From the NCBI GenBank assembly GCA_977017575.1, contig CDRNVI010000037.1:248001-312000 (forward strand): a stretch of DNA of 64,000 nt, given 5' to 3'. The notes under the pieces were generated by a model, which worked only from the letters and a program-made list of their open reading frames with translations, did no database searches and had not been told where the DNA came from. Each line of letters begins with the position of its first letter. Positions within the stretch are counted from its first letter, which is position 1. The stretch comes from Paramoeba atlantica (Eukaryota > Protista > Discosea). Positions 55,653 through 64,000 of the stretch are shown piece by piece. The position numbers and the translations under genes were made by a program.

Positions 55653-56555
55653 ATGTTTCCCTGCTTTTATTTCATGCTCATCATGACGTTAACGCTTCAC
55701 GTACATCTATCGGATACACAACAACCTTCAATCAAACGTCAGCCAACCGATCCTAGTTCAGAGTTTCCTGTATCGATTATTCGTGCCAGTAAAGTAAACA
55801 TGAATCTACCACAAGAATATGAACTCGCTCGATTTATTGAAGATATGAAGAATCCTGACCCTTCATGGAACACATCAACGCCTGCGTGTGAGTGGAATTA
55901 TGTACACTGTGATGATAGCCAACGTGTTACAAAACTTGATTGGAAATGGGTAAGAAAGACTCATAGATCCGCTCTGGTTGCTGCAGGAATACTAAGATGG
56001 GAATGGTTGCCTCGAACATTGCTTTCTTGTGACGTATACCACAACCTGTTTACAGGTCCAGTATCGCTTGATGTGTTACCACCTCTCCTTATTTCGCTGA
56101 AGCTATCATGGAACAAGTTTACCGGTTCATTGGACTTTGTTCATTTGCCGCCCATGTTAGAAGAACTCTGGTTAAACAAGAACGAATTTGAAGGGCGTGT
56201 TGACTTGACACAACTGCCACAGAATTTACGTCATCTGGACTTCTCGGAGAACAACATTTCTGGTCATCTTCAGCTTTCTTGTCTACCGGACAAAATGCGA
56301 TCTCTTAATTTGTCATCGAATCAATTTTCGGGATCTCTTTCTCTCCAACATTTGCCAGCCTCGCTTAGAGGTCTGGGCTGTTCCTCTAATTGCTTCTCGG
56401 GTTCAGTCAAGTTTGATTCTCTTCCGGCAGGAATGAAACTACTGTGTCTAGGGATGAATACAGATTTGTATGGTGAGATTGATGAGTCCCTTTTACCTAA
56501 GGAGCTGAAGACCTTGAATTTCCACAGTACAAAAATTGTGTATAAACGCGGATAG
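55653..56555 (+). CDS. LRR family copy 8 (recent duplicate of copy 5)
   Basis: By eye, 11 amino-acid differences from 38932-39834. Confidence 0.9.
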   Translation: MFPCFYFMLIMTLTLHVHLSDTQQPSIKRQPTDPSSEFPVSIIRASKVNMNLPQEYELARFIEDMKNPDPSWNTSTPACEWNYVHCDDSQRVTKLDWKWVRKTHRSALVAAGILRWEWLPRTLLSCDVYHNLFTGPVSLDVLPPLLISLKLSWNKFTGSLDFVHLPPMLEELWLNKNEFEGRVDLTQLPQNLRHLDFSENNISGHLQLSCLPDKMRSLNLSSNQFSGSLSLQHLPASLRGLGCSSNCFSGSVKFDSLPAGMKLLCLGMNTDLYGEIDESLLPKELKTLNFHSTKIVYKRG

Positions 56556-56707
56556 CTTTCGTTCGTAACATGATCATCTTATCTCAATCCCCACCATCTT
56601 AGTTGGTGGGGATATGCGAATTCTGTAGGTCCCCAATCTTTTGTTCTTGTTTTGTATTTAAACAAATAACCGTTATTTTTTATAGCCTTAGTATTTTATT
56701 AGCCTTA

Positions 56708-57321
56708 CCGTATACCCCCCAGTAACAGAATCGATTTTGTACCGAAATGGCCAAATCCTTGTTACTGGGGGGTATGCCTTGTTACTGGGTGGGGTTTGTT
56801 CATGAGCGCGTTGATTTTCAGCCCAGCCAACCCCGCAACCACGCCATTCGCTCCCGCGCAACCGCCCTGACCCCGCCCAAACACCCCCTCCCCCTCCAAC
56901 GACCCTCCCGAGCCAAATCTACGTTACTGGGGATCAGCTGAAGAATAGCCGAATCCTTGTTACTGGGGCGCGTCTACGGTTTGTCTGTTTGTCTGGCTTT
57001 TATATCCAACTAGGGACGTAGCCACCGGAGAAAGCCGGTACTTTTCCAATTGTACTGCCTTTGTGCTGTGTGAGCCATGCTATGTTTCCATAGACTTCAT
57101 TTACTACGCTGACGAATCAGCGTAGCATTGCAGGCAATCACTTTATCAGCGGCAGGTAAAAAAGACTCCGAATGACACCCACCCTAGTTGTTTGATACCT
57201 TGGTATTCGATACGGCACTGTATTCGATACCGGGCGGTGTCACTCACGCATGGCCAGAAGGAGGACAGCAGGGAGGGCCGGCGAAGGGGGCGGCGACGGG
57301 TCTACGGTAGGGGGTATACGG
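56708..57321. mobile_element. MITE family G (TIR ccgtataccccc; gttactggggg iterons)
   Basis: TA-flanked TIRs; partial copies at ~20220-20455, 24540-24820, 40690-40770, 41640-41725, 51930-52090 and 54890-55010. Confidence 0.75.
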
Positions 57322-57556
57322 TAAGTACTTAACCACACGCGAAGGATTTTTTCTGCTTATACTTCACGAAGCTGTCTGATCTTTGATAAAAACAAATACT
57401 CAAAAACGACCTTATTTCGCAAATTTTAGAACACCAACTTTAGAACTTCTTTAAGAGCCATTATGTTTATGCAAGCTTCTTCCCTTGCTCTATCTAAACT
57501 TACATTTATTACCGTTATTCCCTTTTAAAAGTTTTTGCTGAACACGTTTTGTTTTC

Positions 57557-58174
57557 ATGACCACTCTGATCCCGTTCGTCTCCTCTTTCGATTCTCGCTC
57601 CAAGAAAAAGGCCAACCTTGCAAAGGTACACGCCGCTAACCTCCCGATGGAAATACAGCTGGCCAACTTCATCCAAGACCTTGACAAGTCTAATCTCCCT
57701 CCTATTTGGCACTCCAAAACTCCGGCATGTGACTGGCCCGGGATTCACTGCAATCCTCAAAAAGAGGTCATCGCAGTGATGTGGTATCTCCGTGACCTCC
57801 GCGGGATGTTAAGCTTTCGGCATTTACCTCCCACAACAAATCACGTGAACTTAAGCACCAATTCGCTCAGCGGGTCGGTCGACCTCTCTTGTCTTCCAGG
57901 AAAGATGACCCATCTGAATTTATCCTACAACAAGTTCTCCGGTCCGATACACCTTGATGTACTCCCGCAGACGTTGACACATTTGCACCTAAACGATAAT
58001 GATTTCAGTGGACGTGCAGAGTTTGACGCTCTTCCTCCGGGGCTTCAGCTTCTGGTGCTCTCGAAGAATAAGCAGCTTCGTGGTACAATTATTCGAACGC
58101 ATCTTCCAAATACGCTTCAGGAAGTTCCAATTATAGAAACGGAAATTCGAATGTTGGATAAACCTGTGTGCTAA
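57557..58174 (+). CDS. LRR family copy 9
   Basis: AKVHAANLPMEIQL, WHSKTPACDWPGIHC, about 4-5 LRRs. Confidence 0.88.
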   Translation: MTTLIPFVSSFDSRSKKKANLAKVHAANLPMEIQLANFIQDLDKSNLPPIWHSKTPACDWPGIHCNPQKEVIAVMWYLRDLRGMLSFRHLPPTTNHVNLSTNSLSGSVDLSCLPGKMTHLNLSYNKFSGPIHLDVLPQTLTHLHLNDNDFSGRAEFDALPPGLQLLVLSKNKQLRGTIIRTHLPNTLQEVPIIETEIRMLDKPVC

Positions 58175-58806
58175 TTAAATGAAAAGTTTCTTGAGTTGTT
58201 TGGTTATGTTTTGTTGTGTGTTTTACGTTTCGCGTATAGCATAATATGGTCTGAATATCTCGGGTAATATATTGAGCGGCCACTCAAAGAATATCAAAGA
58301 AATTTTCAACCAAAATATTTTATTTCTTACAAAAATGAAGTCTGTTGATGTATAAAGTGGGTGTGCACCAGTGTACAGTAAGTGCATTCACCAATGCAAA
58401 CGAATATAAGGATTTATAAAACAATGAACATTAGCTTTTCAAAAAGGCTTGAAATCGCTATCAATCTCATGCGATCAATCTTGTATAAGTCAGGCGGCTC
58501 TTAGACCATTTTTAGAGCTTCTAAGGGGTATCGCCCCAAGGATCTTTTGATCTTTTTCCCGTTTTTGCTCATTTTTGTTGCAAACAAGAGATCTCGTTCC
58601 CCTAGCGAAGCATTTTGCATCTATTTTTTCACCCTGAATTACACATTAGTTCGGGGCCAAAAAAATGGGATTTTCGGGCGACGTCTTTAGAACCAGGCCA
58701 TATTCAAACATTTCTTGAAGCTTCACACTTTTTTTCATAAACAAATACAAGAACAAGCACCTTTTCTTTTCATCTCCCTACCTCTCCTCTACCTCCTCCC
58801 CACTCC

Positions 58807-60255
58807 ATGGTGCGTCCCACCCCCCCTACCCTCCTCTATCTCCTCTCCTGCACCCTTCTCCTCTCCCCCTCCTCCTCTTCCCCCGCCTTTTCCCCCCTCC
58901 CCTTTCTCACCACCGATATAGACCACGCAACCCCCTCCTCCTCCTCCCCCACCCTCTCCACCTCCTCCCCTCACCGCAAGAAGCCTTCCTCTCTCCCCAT
59001 CACCCCTCCTACCCCTTCGGAGGAACAGGAAGATCGGGAGCAGGAGAACCCACCCCTCACCCCTTCCATCCCCACCCTCTCGGATTTGCTACCCTCCCCT
59101 CCTCGTACCTCTCCTATTACCCCTCGGATTCATCGAGGGGTACACACGAGAGAGAACCCCTTAACAGAGGGAAAAGGAGAAGAAAAAGAATCTAAAAAGA
59201 AGGTAACGGAAGGTAAAGAGAGGGTAGCTGAAGGTAAAGAGAGGGTAGCTGAAGGTAAAGAGAAGCTAGCTGAAGGTAAAGAGAAATCTGAAACCTTAAC
59301 CCAAACCCACGGGTTCGTCTCTTCTTCTTCTTCAACCTCTTCCTCATCTTCCTCTTCCTCCTCATCATCGCCCTCCTCTACCCCCACCCCAACCATCCCC
59401 ACAACCCAAGGGTCGCTCTCTTCCCCTTTTTCTTCTTCTTCTTCTTCTTCCTCTTCCCCCTCCCTGAGCCCCGATGCCAGTGTCATCCTCTCCGACGTTC
59501 TCCGCTCCCTTCACCGCTCCCCCCACCGGCCCTCCCACCCGCTCCCCTCACGTACCCTACGCGGTGAGTTGGATGCGCCAGCGGGGGAGGGGGAGGGGGA
59601 GGGGGAGGGGGGGGATGTGAACGACATGGGGGGGGAGTTCACCGACACGGTGGCCTCCCCGGGGAGGGAGGGGGAGGAAGAAGACGAAGAAGAAGGCGGA
59701 GGCGACCGTAAGAAATATCCAGAGGGGGAAGAGGAGGAGGAGTACGTAGAAGAAGATGGGGAGGAGGAGGAGGAGGAGGACTCCGAGGCGATGTTGAATG
59801 CGATGATGGATCAAACTTTTGCGGAGGTGATTGGGTCGGGACCGTCTCCAAAGTCGGTGGATGCGTTTTTTGCGCATTCCGTGAGTGATGGGGAGGAGGA
59901 GGGGGGGAAGGGAGGGGGAGGTTTGTTGTTGGATTCGGATGCGGATTTGACACCGGACGAGGAGGAGGGGGGGGAGGGTTCGACGCATAGTGTTTTGGGG
60001 TCGATTTGTGCTGCGTTTTGGCGCTCTCCGGTGGGTCGTTTTTTGCGGTGCGTGGGCAGATGGATCTCTCGTATTTTTTGCTGTGGTGAGACGGAGTCAA
60101 GGATGGCGGAGAATGGGGAATCGGAAACGTGGGTTGCCGAGGATGTTGCGTCCGCGCCTCCTGCTGAGGCTCGTAGCTCATGGATACCTTCCTTTTTTCA
60201 AAGAAAGAAATCTCCCGAGAAACTTTCAGAGGAAGATTGGGTACTTATGGAATAA
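58807..60255 (+). CDS. Acidic low-complexity protein with signal-peptide-like N-terminus and 21-bp repeats
   Basis: TLLYLLSCTLLLSPSSS; four (A/T)EGKE(R/K)(V/L/S) repeats at ~59205-59290; poly-Glu; FLRCVGRWISRIFCC helix. Confidence 0.85.
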   Translation: MVRPTPPTLLYLLSCTLLLSPSSSSPAFSPLPFLTTDIDHATPSSSSPTLSTSSPHRKKPSSLPITPPTPSEEQEDREQENPPLTPSIPTLSDLLPSPPRTSPITPRIHRGVHTRENPLTEGKGEEKESKKKVTEGKERVAEGKERVAEGKEKLAEGKEKSETLTQTHGFVSSSSSTSSSSSSSSSSSPSSTPTPTIPTTQGSLSSPFSSSSSSSSSPSLSPDASVILSDVLRSLHRSPHRPSHPLPSRTLRGELDAPAGEGEGEGEGGDVNDMGGEFTDTVASPGREGEEEDEEEGGGDRKKYPEGEEEEEYVEEDGEEEEEEDSEAMLNAMMDQTFAEVIGSGPSPKSVDAFFAHSVSDGEEEGGKGGGGLLLDSDADLTPDEEEGGEGSTHSVLGSICAAFWRSPVGRFLRCVGRWISRIFCCGETESRMAENGESETWVAEDVASAPPAEARSSWIPSFFQRKKSPEKLSEEDWVLME

Positions 60256-60868
60256 GGCTTTGGAGCTACAAGTAGTAATTCCTGGCATATAAGGAATATC
60301 TGATATCAGGTTCGAGTCAATATGGAACGATTTCGTGAAATATTTTTTAGACTTTTTACGTAGAAATGCTTTACTCCGTGCATTCATTCGATAAATTTTA
60401 TTAGGACAGCTTCTTTGTTCACTCAATTGTTGTGCAGCACACATGTTTTCCATGTGATTGCTAGAGTCATTTTTTCTGGCCTTTAGTTTGGAATTCGAAT
60501 GTTACAATATGACATAATGTAAAAAGACAGACATAATAGGTCTGTCTTTTTCACTACTTGTGCGCCACATATCCATGTACTTTACACCACGTAGTAATTG
60601 AAATGAAATTTACTTTGTTAAAATTTTATTTTCTGTAACTTTTTCATGGAATTGGGCACCTGCCTCTCATTGCCCTGGTTTACGGAGCCGTATGACCATC
60701 CGGCCTTAAATTATCGTTTTTCAAAAATTGAGCTTTCCTTCGATTAGGTAATGCAACACCTGTACACAATGAGTTTTTCCAAAGGCTCTTTCACGAAGAG
60801 AACACCATACAAAGTTTCGTGAAGCTTGCGGAGGCAAAGCCTTTTTGCTGTGCTCCTCCCCATAAAGA

Positions 60869-63800
60869 ATGCTTTTTAGATGTCCTATGTGTCGACATGC
60901 ACTCAAGGATAGATTTTCCAAACGTTCTCTTACCCCTTCAAATCAGGACGACTGTATCCATCTCCGGGCATTGCTTCGCGCTTTACCAGGTCCGAACTCC
61001 TCGATGATTCCATTTTACCAATTTCTACATCGCCTACCGCTCACATCTATTCGATATTTCGCATCCCTCCACTCCAAAGGTCTGGGTGCCTTCCTTTTCG
61101 AATACGTGCGAATGTTTGATGTAAGAAAGGATCGGTTACAGAAAACAAGAGAAATTCGCGAAAACGAGTGTCGCGTGATGGCAACAAAATGGAAACCGAA
61201 ACAAAGAGTAGATCCTATTCAAATTTTCGACAAAAAAGCAACAAACCCTACCCCAATCTCACGGGACCACACAAAAACGAGCCAGCCCCCATCCACCCTA
61301 CCCCCCACATCACGCACAACCCCAAGCCTACCTCCTTCTCCTCTCCCCCCTCCCCCCTCCTTATCCCCTGCATCCCCTACAACTCTATTTTCTGCCTTCT
61401 CCTTTCTTCGCTCTTTGCAACTTGAAAATGAAACCTCTCTTCATGCGACTCTGGCCGACACCCACAGCTACACGTTGCGGCACCGGTACGAGATGCCCAC
61501 ACTTCTTTGCTTCTTTCTTCATTGGCGGTTGAAGCAGCAGCCCGGGTGGCACCCCGCGGATCGGGTCTCGGAAATGTACAACACCCTGGCGGCTCATCGG
61601 GATCAAGGGAATAGAAATAAAACGGCAGGGGATACAAATGAAACTACAGGGGACACAGATGAAAAAAAAGATACAAACCATAAAAACAGTTTGCCTGTTT
61701 CGTTGTTTTCGCTGCCCTCTCCATTTTCGTTACGGTTGTACTTACGAAAAGGTCCGGGGTCGAGATATGCCACCGTGAGCCCTTGTGGGTTCTGGGTGTG
61801 TTCGACCTCGTGGTATTTACGTGCCTCACGACCTCCTCCGCCTTTTCCGGAGTTTGACCGATTTATGTCGGCAGCAGTGGTAACAGGGGAGGGTGGAGAT
61901 GCTGGGACGGAGAGTGGAAAAGATAGGGTGGGTAGGTCTTCAAAAACAGGCAAAGAAGTACGCTTGGTGGATGAGGATTATTCCTCAACTGTACGGAGTG
62001 CACTTCCAGGAATTGTTTTGGAAAAACTTCCACAAACACTTTCGTGTTTGTTAATGAAGGAAAAAGGGCCACAAAATATATTTGCTACGCAAGAATTGCT
62101 GCAAAAGAAAGAATTTCACACAAATACCTCCCGTCAGATTCACGTGCAGCGCTCGGGCACCGATTTAGAAAAATCTCTGAACTTGTGCGATTTTCTTGCT
62201 CCACCCCCTGCCGTTCCTCTTCGCATTCTTGTGCAATCGTTGCGTTGGGCAGAGACCTCTGAGCTTCGTAAATCAGGTTACACAAATCTTCTCCCGTTCC
62301 TAATTGATCACCCCGAAAGGTACACCCTACGTTTCTCTGAGCAAGATCGTCAGGTCACCCAAACAGCCGATGACACAAAAAAAGAGCTTGAAAGTACACA
62401 AAGCTCTGTAGCAAAAACTGTTATAGCAGAAACATCTTTATCCCATTCGCACAATTCATTCTTTTCAGACGAAAAAGAGAGCGGAAAGTGTTTATCAAAA
62501 AGGAGTTCTGAAAATCCTTCTTCCCACTCCGATTTACTATGTGTTGTGCAATCCACCCCGCTGCTAAGTTACCGTCGCACTTTGCTTCGAATGCTTGCGA
62601 GAGGTCAACACTGGACTCCTATCCGAAGTTTTGTTCCCCTTTTTTGGGTTCCCTTGATTGCGGTCGAGAAAGCTCTTCCTTCGCATGTTTCAATGCTCTA
62701 TCATCGATGTGATGGCATCAACGGATTGTTGCACGTCGGGAGTGGAGTACTGTTGGGAGAAATTCGAAGTGCGTGGCGTAAAAGAGCTCTTATTCTGATA
62801 AGAAAGTTGGAGATGTCACCCACGAATGGGAATGAACGTGCGGAAAAGGAAGGTGAAAGCGTAAAGCACAAGGACATTAAAGAAATAAATGGAAAACGTC
62901 TACATTCAGACGAACGCGTTAAAGAGCCTTTGGGAGATTCCTCGAGAAGACTTTCAAAGGTTGAGGAAGATTCTCAGTTCGCAGATTATCTTCTTACACC
63001 GAAACTTCTGAATTCTATCTCGTATCTTCTTCCGCCGAACGGCTTCATTACCATAGGTGCACTACGATATCAGTTACGTCAGAAAGGAATGAAATTTGGT
63101 GGAGATCGGACGTCAGCGAAGAACTCCGTTTCAATTCGCAAATACTCCGAACAAACCAAACCAATCAGTGACCCACAATCTTCAGTGTACAAGTCGGATG
63201 CATCCTGCTTTAGTCCTGCCCACTCCGCATGGCCACTCGATCTTATTCTTGCATTTCGCCCCGATTTATTCGAGTGTTGTCCTGCACAAGGAGTACGAAA
63301 GCGACACGCTCTTGTGGAGAAAAATAACATAAAATCACGGGAAAATACGAAAAACGCAGAATTGGCATTTTTTCGTCCACCTGTAGGGGAACGTATTACG
63401 GCTACACTTTCTCATGTAAACCCGTGCATTCGCGTTGCATTTTCAAAAACGTTGAAACGTCAAGAATATAAAGCCATTGCGCTTCGACATGGGGCACATT
63501 ACAGCGAGAACGACATTGTAGAAAAAGTGTACAGCTTACTTCCTTCGAACTCAGCGCAGGATGGGATTAACTCTTCCTTTTCAAGGGCAAGTAACTCCTC
63601 TGCCAAAGCGGATTCTCGTTTCTTTCATGAAAGTTCCGACTTAAATGAGGCTGTACCCCTTGCCGTTATTTCGTCTCGTCTGCAAGGGCTTGCTCCTGGC
63701 ATGCTGGAACAGGTCTTGTTCCGCCACGATTCCCTTCGCGAATTCTTGAAAAGGTTTCCAACCAAATTTGCCTGGAAAAAAGTTCCCTCCTTAACTCCTG

Positions 63801-64000
63801 GAGTCGACATCTACGGAGTGCAACGCTATCGTAAACTTCCTTCGTCTCCTTCCACGTCGATCGAGAGCGTCCCGAATCCCTACTTCTGTGAAGAAAAAAT
63901 GTACCAAGCAGTGTACCAAACGTTTCCCCGACATTATGTTGGCAATCTTTCCGGTGGAACACCGAGTAATGCCGTAACCTCCGAAAACAACTCTCCTGAA
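60869..64000 (+). CDS. Large protein (>1040 aa, runs off the window) with repeated OST-HTH/LOTUS-like winged-helix modules
   Basis: Manual translation finds no stop from ATG 60869 to the window end. Modules: AVPLRILVQSL...GYTNLLPFLIDHPERYTL and AVPLAVISSRL...DSLREFLKRFPTKFAW. Confidence 0.8.
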   Translation, partial: MLFRCPMCRHALKDRFSKRSLTPSNQDDCIHLRALLRALPGPNSSMIPFYQFLHRLPLTSIRYFASLHSKGLGAFLFEYVRMFDVRKDRLQKTREIRENECRVMATKWKPKQRVDPIQIFDKKATNPTPISRDHTKTSQPPSTLPPTSRTTPSLPPSPLPPPPSLSPASPTTLFSAFSFLRSLQLENETSLHATLADTHSYTLRHRYEMPTLLCFFLHWRLKQQPGWHPADRVSEMYNTLAAHRDQGNRNKTAGDTNETTGDTDEKKDTNHKNSLPVSLFSLPSPFSLRLYLRKGPGSRYATVSPCGFWVCSTSWYLRASRPPPPFPEFDRFMSAAVVTGEGGDAGTESGKDRVGRSSKTGKEVRLVDEDYSSTVRSALPGIVLEKLPQTLSCLLMKEKGPQNIFATQELLQKKEFHTNTSRQIHVQRSGTDLEKSLNLCDFLAPPPAVPLRILVQSLRWAETSELRKSGYTNLLPFLIDHPERYTLRFSEQDRQVTQTADDTKKELESTQSSVAKTVIAETSLSHSHNSFFSDEKESGKCLSKRSSENPSSHSDLLCVVQSTPLLSYRRTLLRMLARGQHWTPIRSFVPLFWVPLIAVEKALPSHVSMLYHRCDGINGLLHVGSGVLLGEIRSAWRKRALILIRKLEMSPTNGNERAEKEGESVKHKDIKEINGKRLHSDERVKEPLGDSSRRLSKVEEDSQFADYLLTPKLLNSISYLLPPNGFITIGALRYQLRQKGMKFGGDRTSAKNSVSIRKYSEQTKPISDPQSSVYKSDASCFSPAHSAWPLDLILAFRPDLFECCPAQGVRKRHALVEKNNIKSRENTKNAELAFFRPPVGERITATLSHVNPCIRVAFSKTLKRQEYKAIALRHGAHYSENDIVEKVYSLLPSNSAQDGINSSFSRASNSSAKADSRFFHESSDLNEAVPLAVISSRLQGLAPGMLEQVLFRHDSLREFLKRFPTKFAWKKVPSLTPGVDIYGVQRYRKLPSSPSTSIESVPNPYFCEEKMYQAVYQTFPRHYVGNLSGGTPSNAVTSENNSPE

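Overview
Eukaryotic genomic DNA, most consistent with a kinetoplastid and possibly a Perkinsela-like or other early-branching lineage (inference). All intact protein genes are intronless and lie on the + strand, like one polycistronic unit. Housekeeping genes: a Nup50/Nup2-like protein, an ABC1/ADCK atypical kinase, a phosducin-like TXNDC9, two Hsp10 genes, a COA3-like membrane protein, an apparently inactive glycerol-3-phosphate dehydrogenase homologue, and a >1040-aa multi winged-helix protein missed by the ORF track. They alternate with nine dispersed LRR-family genes and three low-complexity, signal-peptide-like proteins. The intergenic DNA is mostly nested mobile elements: a full-length Tc1-type transposon (DD29E, pseudogenised), a pogo-type DD30D transposase apparently fused to a Ulp1-like protease, a CRE-like non-LTR retrotransposon remnant, and many TA-inserting MITE families. 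The most unusual item is a ~0.9-kb non-coding element (element A). It inserts between A and T with no target duplication, has a fixed 5' end, and ends in a hairpin extended by a copy-specific fold-back of 0 to ~54 nt templated on the same copy. Several host genes also flip from C-rich to G-rich at mid-gene.
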